DNA of 64,000 nucleotides, from positions 310,001 to 374,000 of the forward strand of contig NEEC01000007.1 of NCBI GenBank assembly GCA_002189035.1. Direction: 5' to 3'. Made by a program: the position numbers and the translations under genes. The DNA is from Utricularia gibba (lineage: Eukaryota; Plantae; Magnoliophyta). Each line of letters begins with the position of its first letter. Position 1 is the first letter of the stretch. Positions 23,648 through 36,506 of this stretch are shown here, piece after piece. The notes below the pieces were generated by a model. It ran no database searches. It was not told the origin of the DNA and saw only the letters and a program-made list of their open reading frames with translations.

Positions 23648-23897
23648 TCCCGCTTAGACGGCAGGAGAAAAGACTTTGCGCGAACAGCAAGACTCCTCCA
23701 ACCTCCTCAGATGTCACAAAAACCGTACCAGAAAGAAGCAGCAAAGAGCGCACAAAAAGCGGAAATGGAAGCAGAATCATCGCCGTACTGTTTTTGTTTC
23801 CTCTGCTGCTTATCTTTCCTAACCCTAATTTCATTTACTAATAAGTTAATCAAATATGATAATATAATAATTGATTATTCCATAGACCAATTTTTTA

Positions 23898-24126
23898 AAA
23901 CCCTAACAAAACAAGAAGCAGTTGATAGTGTACAAGAATTCAATTAGGCTATATTAATTTTAATACAATATTTATTAATATTTAATTCAATCACGATTTT
24001 TAAATATGATTCCGTTAGATTATTCCCGCACAAGGCTCATTTATTACTCTGACCAAGGCCCATTAATATGTCGTGTAAGAAGGCCCATTGAAATGATTTT
24101 GGACCCATTTGATAAAATGGCCAGCC
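23898..24126. promoter_or_regulatory. Telo-box plus site II elements in the PUR7/PheRS divergent promoter
   Basis: AAACCCTAA at 23898-23906 and AGGCCCATT twice at about 24056-24090. This pairing is typical of plant translation/housekeeping promoters. Confidence 0.6.
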
Positions 24127-24189
24127 CGTTAAATGCGGAGCTCATGATCTTCTCCAAGTCACTGGGTGGTTGGAGTTCTTAGACTTCCG

Positions 24190-26627
24190 ATGGCGTCTTC
24201 AGTGGCGAATCCCTTGTTGTTCTCAAAGCCGTCTCGGTTATTCCTCGCCAGGGCCAGGTTTTCTACAGAGAATTCCACTTTTTTGTCGAAGTCTTCCATT
24301 TCATTCTGCGCCAGAGCTCTATCGTTTTGCCAAAGGTATCCATCTTTCTCCACGTCCTCTGCCTCTCTGCGTCAAGACAAGGTTCACGCGCTCGAGATAA
24401 CTAGCGAACCAGCGGTCGAATTCTCTAAAGAGGGTAACTCTCTTTTTCTTTTTTTGAAAATTTTCATTTTTGTGTTGCTTGCGCATTCCAGATGCTGATT
24501 CCGGGGCATGGAAATGCTCAAATCCAATTCTTTGCCTTGTTCTTTTTTTGAAAATTTTCATTTGATTTGAATCGGATTTTGGAACTATATGTATTACATA
24601 CTAACTGATGATTCACTATTTGATCTTTAACTGCTGTGAAGGGAAAACCCCATTTCATTGATTTGATTTCAATGCGCATATGGTTCATAGTTTCAATGTG
24701 CCACCATGAAATTGATGTGTTCTTCTGGTTTTCATCAACTAAAATGACGGTTGGAAGCCTGAATGAGCAGAGATCGTGAAGGATGATCCATCAAATAATG
24801 TGCCCGATTCGATTTTCTGCAAGCTTGGGTTCCAGCTTCATCGGCGGGATAAGCATCCTCTTGGCATTCTAAAGAATGCAATACATGGATACTTCGACAG
24901 CAATTACCCTAATAAGTTTGGGAAGTTTGATAATCTGAGCCCAATAGTTTCTGTTAAATCGGTATGTAGTACTTCAACGATGAGCATGCATTTCTGGAAT
25001 GTGTATTTCTTGTTATGAGCTGTAGATTCAATAAATGATATTTTGCTATGGTGTTTCAGAACTTTGATGATGTGTTGGTGCCTGCTGATCATGTTAGCAG
25101 GAGTTACAACGATACCTATTATGTGGATTCTCAAACTGTGCTCAGGTGCCATACGAGTGCTCATCAAGCTGAGTTACTTAGGGCAGGACATACTCATTTT
25201 CTGGTTACCGGAGATGTTTACCGTCGAGATTCAATCGACTCTACTCACTATCCTGTATTTCACCAGGTTTGCTGTGACCCCACCTTTTTTTTCAAACCGC
25301 CACTATGGCATTCTGCACCTGTTGCTACTCGAATTCTTGACTATGTCTTTGTGTATCACTACAGATGGAAGGTGTTCGTGTTTTTACTCCAGCTGAATTT
25401 CAGGGATCAGGCTCTGATGCAACATCTTATGCAGCTGAGGATCTAAAGAAGTGTCTGGAGGGTTTGGCACGGCATCTTTTTGGTATACCTGGAGAGATCC
25501 CTTTTTGTGCTTTTTAACAATGCAGGTGCACTTATGCTATCGCCATTTCAAGAATATGGGGCACAGAGAAAGCTTGGAACGTAAGCACACAATTGAGAAC
25601 TCATGTCATTGTGCTTATAAAATTGCAGGAAGTGTGGAGATGCGATGGATCGACACCTACTTTCCATTCACGAATCCATCATACGAATTGGAGATATTCT
25701 TTCAGGTTCGTAGCTTTCCCTCATCACCTCAATGATTCCGCAAAAGACAAGCACTCTCTGTAGCTGCCGAACACAGAGTAATCAGCCAGCCCGATTCAGG
25801 AAAAATGGCTGGAAGTGTTGGGATGTGGGGTGATGGAACACGAGATTTTAAAGACAAATGGAAGGCCAGATGGTGTTGCTTGGGCTTTCGGCCTTGGACT
25901 GGAGCGGTTGGCTATGGTTTTATTCGATATCCCTGACATCCGCCTCTTTTGGTCAACAGATAAACGATTTACCTCACAGGTATGGTGTTTTTGTTCAGAC
26001 TTGAATCATTTCTAGTGGCTGTGCTCATTTTCGCTTGTCTCATCTAGTTCTCCGAAGGAAAGCTTGGGGTTAAGTTCAAAGCCTTTTCAAAGGTATCACT
26101 GAAACTTCCACAGCTTCCTGAAAACCATTTCCTCTACAGTTCCTTCATTCAGTGAAACTGAAACCTGCAGTATCCACCTTGCTACAAAGACATAAGTTTT
26201 TGGATAAGCGATTCATTTACAGAGAACAACCTGTGTGAAGTCGTTCGAGGCATTGCCGGAGATCTCGTAGAGGAGGTGCAGTGCTTAAAACCTTTCTTTA
26301 GCAGCAACACTCTTCTCAAAATAATTCCTGCCAGTTCGGCCAAACACTTTGCTGACTTGTCCAGGTGAAACTGACCGACGAATTCACCAACAAGAAAGGT
26401 ATGACGAGCCACTGCTACAGAATCGCCTACAGGTCAATGGAGCGATCCCTCACCGATGTAGAGATTAACGATTTACAGGTACTGCTCCCATGAAAAAGAA
26501 CCCTTCTCTCCATTCATACTCAAGAACCTGTGAAGTTGAAGTTCGTTAAGGACACATCTGTGCTTTTGAAATGTAGTGGAAAGTGCGGGAGCAAGTGGAG
26601 GAGAAGCTGAAAGTTGTTCTGAGATGA
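24190..26627 (+). CDS. Phenylalanyl-tRNA synthetase, monomeric chloroplast/mitochondrial type, multi-exon
   Basis: [94 protein letters not shown] and the anticodon-binding end [17 protein letters not shown]...KLKVVLR*. Confidence 0.95.
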
Positions 26628-26859
26628 AGGAATGGCAAGTGCTGGATGGCGAATGTCTTCGGTACCTGTTTTTCCGAACGTGTTTTTATATGATTCTTGG
26701 TATACCATGTTATATACCAATGTTTAAGAGAAGCTATGTTTAGTAGACTGACTGATCAACCACTTGGTTAAAGCGCTGTGAATTTCACCCCTGCTTACAT
26801 TACTTTGTGTGTGGAGCTCAGAGGAAGCACACCAATGTAACAGGGATTGGGGCCTCGCA

Positions 26860-26990
26860 GCCCATGAAGCCCTCGTTTTGGGCCGGATTCTATAAAATGA
26901 CCCATTTGTGCCTGTTACGGCCCACTGGTTTGATAAAATGGCCCATGATGTAACGAATTTGGGTCACAGTTTTTATGAAGGCCCATTATG
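26860..26990. promoter_or_regulatory. Site II cluster upstream of the L7/L12-family gene
   Basis: About five GCCCA/TGGGC elements (gcccatg, tgggcc, ggcccact, ggcccatg, ggcccatt) within about 130 nt. Confidence 0.6.
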
Positions 26991-27296
26991 AAATGCTCAC
27001 TTCTTGTTTCCTCCGCCGTCATTTCCTTGGAATCTGTTGTTGTCGCCGCCTGTGGGTTCCGCAGGTTCGCCGCCCGCGTCTCCGCCTTTTCAGTGAGTAC
27101 TTCGGCTAGATGATTGAATTTATTCTTCGTGTAGTGCAATATATCTAATGATTCGTTTCTTCTGCTGCGTGAAAAAGGGTTTTCGTTTTCGAAATCTTAA
27201 TCCTCTTCCTTGTCCCGATTGATTTGCAGATTTTAGCTGGAATTGGTACAGATTTTTGGTTAGTTATATCGCAAAAGGTCTCGTTGGTTGCTGAAA

Positions 27297-27949
27297 ATGA
27301 GTTTTATCGCCAGAGCGAGGCATCATTTGCCGTTTGGGTACTTAAGAACCCGTATCTGCTCTCCGGTGATCACTGGGTTTTATCCTGTAAAGTCTTCTGG
27401 TGTAGCGAGGAACTTCGCACAAGCTGTGAGGGTGGAGGACGAAGAGCACGAGGAGCTAGTGGACATAGACCAGAGAAGGCTTCCGACAGATTATGATCCG
27501 GCAAATTTTGATCCAACAGAATATCGTAGCCCCCCAGTGAGAGAGTTTGGAGGCTTGTTGACGAAGTCTCTGGACTCACGCTTGTCGAGGCAGCGGAACT
27601 TTCTTCTATTTTGATGCGCAAGTTGGGCATGAAGGAGGCCCCTGTTGTAGGAGTCATGAAGCCAGGTGCTGCTGGAGCAGCAGGATTGGGACCGAAAATG
27701 TCAGCGAATGCGACCGAGGAAAAGAAACCTGAGAAGACAGCTTTTGAGTTGAAGCTGGAGTCCTTTGATGCAGCCTCAAAACTTAAGGTAATCAAAGAAA
27801 TTAGGACGTTCACAGAGTTGGGATTGAAGGAAGCCAAGGACTTGGTTGAGAAGCTGCCGGCAGTTCTCAAAACAGGAGTTTCAAAAGAGGATGCTGAAAA
27901 AATACTAGAGAAAATGAAAGCTGTTGGTGCCATTGTCGTCATGGATTAG
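27297..27949 (+). CDS. Ribosomal protein L7/L12 family protein (organellar), intronless CDS, with one frameshift at 27530-27535
   Basis: DQRRLPTDYDPANFDPTEYRSPP, then after the +1 repair SERVWRLVDEVSGLTLVEAAELSSILMRKLG. C-terminal L12 domain FELKLESFDAASKLKVIKEIRTFTELGLKEAKDLVEKLP. Confidence 0.9.
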
Positions 27950-28209
27950 CTTCTTACTGGCGTCCATTTTTCATGGTGTATTATCCGGTGGTCAAGATTC
28001 ACTATTTGGAGCCTAGGTTTCTTGAGCACATCACACAGCTGCACAAGATCATTGCTTTTGAGATTCAAAGAAATGAGGGCCTCTTTTCTGCTATCCCTCA
28101 TGTGGGAGGAGCAAAAGGGTTCAAAAGCTGAGTATTTGAGATGAGAATGCGATATTCAATCATTTGACGTTGCATTGAAACGAAGAGAATACTTCAAACT
28201 CATAGTTCT

Positions 28210-31200
28210 CTATACATAGAAGATTTGGCCAACATTCAATAGACTTTCATGAGGTACGTTGAATATAACACTATTCTCCCTGCACATCCTTCTAAGAAAC
28301 GCATAAATGTAGTCTATAGCTATTTTCTTCACAATGGAAGACTCTTTCCGGGCCCTTACCACGGTGTTTCCTAGAATGTGAACAACTCCGGTGTCCCGGC
28401 AATGGTTCAGGAAATCCAACTCATCACTCTCACTATCTGATTGGCCGCTGTCGTGCCTGGATGAGGTGACTGTTGTTTGTCCACGAAAGGGTGATCCAGC
28501 AGGGACAATGGAGTCTCCTGATCCTGATGAAATGGTAATATCAGTATTTGCAGTGTACGCCTGAGGGATATCATTCATTTGCGAGGCTCTGGAGTGCTTC
28601 ATTCTCTGGTTATATACACTGCCGACCTCAGAGTCGGAGCATCCTTCCATCATCGACTCCAGGCGAACGAACATGAAAAGGCGCTCAAACAGCTTCCGCT
28701 CGAAGTCCTCATCCTTCTTATGCAGATCCTTGTAGCCGTACCTCGCAACACAACGGAACATGTGGTAGTTCTTTGGCCCTATACGTTTAACCAGAAACCT
28801 TTCATCTGCAGGGACTGTGTACACCGGGAGGTACTTGACGCAGACAAAGATCACAACAGAGTGAACGGCAGGTAAGTTGGTTATGAAGTGGGAAAAGATA
28901 CGCGGCACCCCGCTTGCTAGCTCGGTGTAGACGAGCCCTGTCCCCGGCACACGCACCAGGCCTAAGCTGGGTCCAAGGCCTAGGATCCAGGCCAAGGAAA
29001 CCTTGCTGTGCAGCTCAAACTCATACCTCTTGAGTGTACCATAATGCCAAGTATACATGATGAGGAGGAATACAGCAGCGATCACCAGCGGCACCCAGCC
29101 CCCTTGATCGAGCTTGAAGAGCAATGCCGAGAAGTAGGTGCATTCAACGGCCAACGACATGGAGGTGAACACCAGGACTATCATCCAGTGACAGTGCCAA
29201 ACCAGTAGCATCACCAGTGTCATGATAACGGTGGTAACCAGCATGACGACGCCCACTGCCGTGCCTGATTCGAAGGGTATTGGAACATGGGTCTTATAAC
29301 TGGAGGAATACCAGATTTTAATGAGCAGAATTGTGAAGCACTGACCATAGGCATTGCCGATCTGGCTCTGATTCCCAAAACCAGCAGTAACAGCAATGCA
29401 GAGAACCATCAGGATCCAGTTGACATCAGGGACGTATATCTGCCCCAGGAACCTCTTCGAGGTGTGAACAACTTTGACTCTCGGAAAACAGCCCAGCGCA
29501 TGTGCCTGCTTGATTATCGAGAATGTGGCGGATATCGTGGCCTGACTAGCAACAATAGCAGCTAAAGTTGCTAGCAGGAAAACTGGCCAGTAGATTCTTT
29601 CTGCAGTCACATTTCAAGACAGGCAGTCAGATTCCCAGATATAAAAAGCGGAGCTATAGAGAAGGTAACTGCCCCTACCAGGAATGGAACGATAGAAGCA
29701 AGCATACACATGGTCTTTGTTAACCATCAGGTATGCTGCTTGGCCACAGTAAGCTAGGAGCAGACAAGGGAACACGATGATTGTAAATGCAAGCTGTATA
29801 GCGAGAACCGGGAAATGAGCAAGATCAGCAAAAAGTGCCTCCGTTCCTACAGTTAGAAATGGACAGAAGCTTAGCAGCCACGAACAGGCCGAACAAGAGA
29901 GGACAAGTGAACTGTGCTTGAGACCTGTGATGCATAGCATGATCCCGCCAAGGGATATCCACCCTGTTTTCTTTGTTCTCTGGAAGTAGCGATAAATGTA
30001 GAGAGGGTAAAATGCTTTCAGAACAGAGGCGTCATACTTGTACAGATTGAAAATGCCAATGCCTCCGATAACAAGAAACCACAGCAGTACAATGGGAGCA
30101 AAGAGCCAGCCAACTCTATCAGTCCCATGGTGCTGCATACTGAACAGCCCCACTAGTATGACAACAGCGACGACAGTAACGACCTCTGAATTCAGATGCA
30201 TCGTCATTTGTTAAGGGGGATAAAAAAAAGCACACACTGCACGTAAGAAATCATACCACTAGACATGTGTGGGTGGTCTACTTTGATCCCTCCAGAAGCA
30301 GAAAGAACTGTTCATGGTTATGCGCAATCAGACAAGACAATGACAGCAGAAGCAGGCATTAATGGTAAGAACACGGCACTACTAGCTAAAGAGCATCGAT
30401 GCCTGGAGGGTGAAGTACCAGAAATTGCAGGTGTGAGAATTCCATCACCAATTACCATGCAAGTTCCTATGAGGACCAGTACGAGAAGAGCATTCCTTTT
30501 GAAAGAATCAGTCTCCAGCCATCTCTTCGTTTTAGCAGCAAACGAGTGCTCACTGAATGTGGTACGGCTGTATGTGGTTAGCTCCTCGTCAGTCCGGTGT
30601 TGATTCGGGATCGTTTTTAGCTTAGCATGCCGGCAAAGCAGTGAGTAGAGTGCAAGAGTTCCTCCTTCAAGGTAGAAAAGAAGTGCAAGAGCCTTCAGAG
30701 TCAACAAAAATTAAAGCAGGATGCGGAAGTAAACCACGTTCTTGATGGCAGTTGAACTAACTACTTTAAGCAAAGTGGAGTATTGGTGGCTAGGAGACCA
30801 CACCTTGGCTGTTGTCATTTGCTCTGCATACAACGAAGACATACTTGAGCAGAGGTATGAGTGTCAATGAATATATGATCAATGAGAGGGCTCCAATGAT
30901 ATCCTCTGTGTTGTCAATTCCTTGAGGAAAAGTGTTGTAGAACACATATAATGGAGAGGTCCCAAGGTCCCCATATACTACTCCAAGGCTCTGGAACGCA
31001 AGCCGCAAGAGAACAAATGCTGAAAATGTCTGCATCATCATAGGAGTCAAGCTTCTGAAACGTATAATTCCTGAACTACAGCAACCATCAAGTACCAACA
31101 TCAACATCAGACTCTTTTACAATAGCCGTGTGTTCTACAATAAGCATTTCAAATGAGATGTTTTGACTTTCGTACGAATTCTACTGTTTTAGTAAAAGGC

Positions 31201-31579
31201 ATCTCAAGCAGCATATGAAGATTTAAAACCAGAAAATAATTGAAGGCTAGCCACTTTCCTCAAGCAATGAAACCTGAAGCAAATGGCAGGAAAACAAGTA
31301 ATTTAAAACCAGGCGTCGTTCTGAACAAACTTTTAGATTTTACTTTTCTCGCGCAAAAGGCATGAACCGAACACCTTCTTTGATGAACTTAAGTAGCAGC
31401 AGAGTCAACAAGCATGAAATCAAGAGAATAAAGACTATTTTTTTTACCTTCTCCCTGTACGTATCGTTGAGCTTTTCAGCTTCTTCTTCCAAAGGCTGAT
31501 CAAGCTTTTGCTCCAGAACCCAAATACCTCCTTTGGACCCATTACGTCTTTCTTCAGAATCCGAGCTCCCAGATGCCAT
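28210..31579 (-). CDS. HAK/KUP/KT potassium transporter (KUP9/10/11 clade), multi-exon
   Basis: [75 protein letters not shown]-type segment, [25 protein letters not shown] and the end [10 protein letters not shown]. Confidence 0.97.
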
Positions 31580-33473
31580 TGAAAAAGAAAATCAAAGCAG
31601 ATGGAAACAATCCCACAGACGTAAAACTAACTCTGCTCTTCTAAGAAAGAAGCCAAGCAGATTCTTGACTCTTCTCCATTCAACTAAGTTTTAAAGGACA
31701 CGGGAAAATCATGAATGATGATGTACTTCACAAAGAACAACAACTCTCAGCTTTTGTTAATCAATCAATCCCTATGGCTGGTCATTAGTGTTTTGTCTTC
31801 TCCCGAAATTTAATGAACGGTAAATAACAGATGAGAGAGCCGGCTTGAATAAGAATTCCCCATCATTAAAAATGTCAACTTTCACTGAACAACTCCTCCT
31901 AATCACCATCGTGTCGCCCCGGGTCGCGTGCTTTATCCTTAAAGTTACAAGCGTCAATGCGGCGAGTCCTATGCCCAATCTTTTTAATTGCATACCCACT
32001 CTAAGTCAGATGACAAATCTCAGCATTCATCTCAAGTGAGGGAGGTGCCATCCATTTCTTCAACGCATACCATCTTCACCGAATAAATAGTAAATACAAT
32101 ACACATAGGGAAACCAATATGGGTCGATGTCAGGTACATGGCGACCAATGGCCAGGCATGGTAACTTACCCTCGCACAAATTTCTGGGTAAGCTTGACAA
32201 CACAGCTGTTTTGTCAACGGCTGTAGGAGTGGCAAAAAACATTAGGGAAGCATTAAACAAATCACATGCCAATTTTCATTAGGGCCACCGGTTACCTAAT
32301 GCATGCCAAATATCAGTAAATCACTTGCAAAGTAAGTACAGAGTAGGAGTGCGAATATACAGCTATAATAATGAATACCGAAAGCGAGGGAGATTGTCAT
32401 AATATTATTTAAACACACATAGGAAAGGGTTTTTGAATTCGAATTAAAAAACAAAACAAGAAGCATGCGACTGATGTTGTGCACATGAATTTTTCTCGTA
32501 AGAAAGATCATACTACGTAGAGGGTAGAAACGTTTCACGTCAAGCATTATAAATACTGATGAGGGAGTGCACGCCTCAACAGGCTTCGAGCCATGTACAG
32601 TGCATTTGCACCCAATTAGGAACTAGTCAACAATCAAGATATGTGTTAGGTGTCATCCAACGTCATTCAAATAAATTGCTAACTCTGGAACTCCTGCCCT
32701 TTGTTGAGAATGCCTGCTTCGGAGTTCCTAACCTAGTCAACGTAAAGAAAGTTCATTTAAATAAAAAAAAAAAAAGGAAAGACAACTTTTTATATTCAAA
32801 TCATACACAATCCTGGTAAGGGACTGCAGATGTGGATGCCATGAAAAGAGTCCCCCCCAACTTCTGGTCCTCGGTAATCATCATATTTACAAAGTGGTCC
32901 CTGCATCAGTTTAGTGTGGTCGTAGGGTATTCTGTTCCATCAAAGCCTTTTAATTTCAGAATCCTATCAATAGATTCTGTTTCTAGAAAACCATTTCATA
33001 AGCACCAATAAACAGGTTTAAACCCTAAAAATGTCAAACTTGCTGCTTTTATTTAAAAATTATTAATTATCATATGCACTCGGGATCGGAGAGCTCTCAG
33101 CAAAGAAAAAGAAGGCAAAAATTTCTGATTGTGTTTACTTGTCGTGAAGTGAGTGGGACCTGCAGATGAACATTGGATCAAACAGGATAAAGAGGCAGAA
33201 AACACAGTACCTTAAGCAAAAGCGTAGTGAAATATCATTCTGGAAATGCACAGTGGAATCAATAGGCAAGCGTGCAACCATGCATAGAGCCTAAGCAGGC
33301 AAAATACTCCAGATGTATTTCAGTGTGCAACTAAAGTTTTAACACTTGAAACGGAAACAGGATCGCGGGTTACAAGTTTCAGCACATTGAAAAGTATGCA
33401 CAAGAATACGTGGGAAAAATTTCTATGTTTTTGTTGTGGTGAAGTGACCAGCGCTTGCAAATGCAGCGTGTGA

Positions 33474-34429
33474 TTATGCATCCAGGTTTTCCATCTGAAT
33501 GCTGCTCTTCAGAGGCACATACTCCCCAAGGTATCCACCCAAATGATCATGAAGAACAGACTTATCGATGCTCTGATTATGATAGCTCTTGCAAACATAG
33601 TAAAACACACTCTGAACCAGAAGCCCGACCAGGTTCACAATCACCAACACAGCAACGAGAAATCCTCCCACAATCATCCTCGATAGAACTGTGTATTCGT
33701 CTCCTCCACGTACAACAAGTGACCCAAAGAGGCCATTAATCACACCACAGACGACAAAGTAACAGAAAACCAGTGAGAACCCCATGCCAGTCTTACCCTT
33801 CAACAGCTCATAACTCTTCCTCATTGCGGCAAAACCATAAACAGGCTCAAGAACAGACACCACGCTAGCAAGATGCCACAATGCGCTTATGTAGACGTGC
33901 ACGCCAAGAAATAACGACATAACAATCACAAAAGAGATAAAAAACAACAGCATACTGTTCATGTCCAGAGAAATGATGAGAAGCACGAGAGACGCCACGA
34001 ATATAATGCTATAAACAACCATCATAAGAGATACCCACAAAAGGTGATAAACAGTCGCTTCAGCACTTTCGGAATCGCGGCAATGGTGGAGGAAAAAGAC
34101 ACGGGCTTTGAGGTATAAAGCGAGGCGACGGTAAACACGACCGCGGAGGTTGAGAGAAGGGAGAAAGCGAAGAGAAAAATGAGGTAAAAGAACTGAAACG
34201 CGAAGAGTTTGGACCAATCGGAGGAATTCGCAGCCGTTGGATCTTCCTGAAGCTGTGTAAGAATTGGATTAGTGAAGAGTGAGTGAGCCAAAATAGCGAA
34301 AGAAAGGGGAAAAATCAGCGTTAGGGTTATCAGGTAGAAAGTTCTCGGGGATTGCTTAGGAATCTCAATCGACTCCTTGAGAACATCCAAAACACTCAAG
34401 AACTGGAGTTGCTCCGCCGCCAGAGCCAT
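33474..34429 (-). CDS. Conserved uncharacterised multi-pass membrane protein, intronless, with one frameshift at 34039-34042
   Basis: MALAAEQLQFLS...FYLITLTLIFPLSFAILAHSLFT...KRLFITF then LWVSLMMVVY...WHLASVVSVLEP...HDHLGGYLGEYVPLKSSIQMENLDA. From memory this is the At5g44860/At4g19950-like family. Confidence 0.88.
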
Positions 34430-34818
34430 CGGAAAAAAGATTCTTCAGCCGCCGGATTCAGGTCCTATCTCCGAATCAACCGCATCAATTTCCAAATGAT
34501 TGGATGCTATTTCGGAGAAAACGAAAAATATCCGTTGAACGTCGGTGCCATGCCGACGCAAGTTGCTCTCTCTGAAGAAACGCGTTTTCAGGAAACACGA
34601 CTTATTAGTATTATAATTATTATTTTTATTTTAAAGAAATAATTTTCTTTTCCGTTTATTTTGTTAACCAGCCACAGCGATGAGTAAAAATTCCATAGAT
34701 TCTTGTGCCCATATAAAGAAAGTTTGACCCTCCCTCTTATAACCTACGACGATCATCAACCTCCATTTCAACCTTCGCACCGCCACCAACCCAGGAGGAT
34801 TTGACGGCCGAAGAGAAA

Positions 34819-36180
34819 ATGGCGTCAAGGTTGTGGGCTGCTAGGACTGCTGCTTATCTCAGGGTCTCTTTGATTTCCAGAAATTTTGCCACCGGTTAGT
34901 TCAGATCTTCACTTCATTTCCCCTGTTTCTTGCTTCTTGTTTTTGTTTCTTGAGCCCGGTTTGTTACGCCAGATCTGTTTTCAGATCAATGTAGGCTTTT
35001 CGAAGTTTTGTTCCGAGAATTTTTTCTAGTGTCAAAGTTTTCCTTTTTCGGTTTGTTCAGTTAGATCTCATCGTTACCCATGTTGGGTTGCTTATGCACG
35101 TTGTTGAACGAATGCAGTTGTCAAAGATCTCAAGTATGCAGATTCACACGAGTGGGTGAAAATAGAGGGTAATTCAGCGACGATTGGTATCACGGATCAT
35201 GCGCAGGGTCATCTTGGTGATGTTGTGTATGTTGAGTTACCCGAAGAGGGAACTGAGGTGAAACAAGGTGAAAGCTTTGGTGCTGTGGAAAGCGTCAAAG
35301 CTACCAGCGATATTTATACTCCCATTTCCGGGAAAGTTACTGATGTGAACACTAAGCTCAGTGAATCTCCTAGCCTGGTAAGTTAGGCTAAATCGGGGTA
35401 ATTTTCTTGAACCCCATATTTTGAGCTAGTCAAGCGAATGAACTTGGTAATTGTGATCTCTCTCTTCGCTCCATTCCTGCAGTTGTTTTTTTCCCTTGAA
35501 AGTTCTTTTGTCCCAAATTCACATAAAAGACAGTGGTCCCTGTATTTCCTGCTTGGCCCCTCATATACTAGTGCTGCTGGATCCCATCCAGGCTGAATGA
35601 TATCATGCTTCCATATCTTAAATGAACCACTGTAATCCTTCTCCTAGATGATGTTTCCGCCTGGAAGGTTGCCTGACATTGCTTTAGATGCTTCTGAATC
35701 AAACATAGACCGAATGATTGTTGATGCTTTTCATTTCTATCATCTTCACCTTAGCCAGGGTACTCCTTTTCCATGATTCAGTTTTCCCCTTCAAAATGTA
35801 TTTCCTGTAAAGTTTGCTACAGATTAGTGCCATCCCTTTTGGAAAATTTGCATCCGAGTTTCATGTAGCTTTGCTTTCTGCTCTCCTCCTGGCAAGTTGC
35901 CACAGGCTCCTACAATACGCCCCTACAGTCTGAATCATTTTGCTTATGCTGAAAGCTCTGTAACCCATGATGCACCAGACGCCGTGGATGAGATTCGAAG
36001 CTTCAACCCTTCAAAGGGCGTGGATTCTTACTGCAATCTCTGTGGTTGCAGGTGAACAGCAGTCCATTCGAGGATGGATGGATCATAAAGGTGGAGGTGA
36101 AGGATGCGCAGGAAGTGGATTCGTTGATGGATGCTGATCGCTACTCCAAGTTTTGCGAGGAGGAGGACAACAAGCACTGA
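34819..36180 (+). CDS. GDH2: Glycine cleavage system H protein, mitochondrial (GDH2-type), 3 exons
   Basis: [17 protein letters not shown] transit peptide, [30 protein letters not shown], lipoyl-Lys motif [11 protein letters not shown] and the end [14 protein letters not shown]...[10 protein letters not shown]. Confidence 0.95.
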
Positions 36181-36506
36181 ACAATGCACTGCAGAGTTCA
36201 TGTATCTGGTGCCACTCCGTGTGAAGAACAGCCCACCCGGAAATAAGTTGTCTTAGAATGGGGAGGAGTGCCTTTCTGAACATTCGTTTGTGGGAATGCT
36301 TGGGAGATTTCTTTTTCTTTTGTACTTTTTCCTAATTATTTTAGATAAATAATGTGAAGGGACAATAAAAAAAATGTAAAAAAATATAAAAAAAGAATAA
36401 TTGTTTTTTTTCTTTTAAAAAGAAAAAATGTATGGGTTCTTGTGGATAGATTTTTTAAAATCTCACCTTAAACCCTACCTCCAGATTTCCAGCGGCGCTC
36501 TGGAAA

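Noticed and set aside
26106-26116. TTCCACAGCTT, resembling the miR396 5' end
   Set aside because: An 11-nt match inside a 79-nt PheRS intron with no fold-back.
27370-27942. 190-aa minus-strand ORF
   Set aside because: It is the exact antisense of the L7/L12-family gene, which explains the open frame.
32601-32612. TGCATTTGCACC, identical to the 5' part of miR530
   Set aside because: Only 12 nt match and I found no complementary star arm or hairpin nearby.
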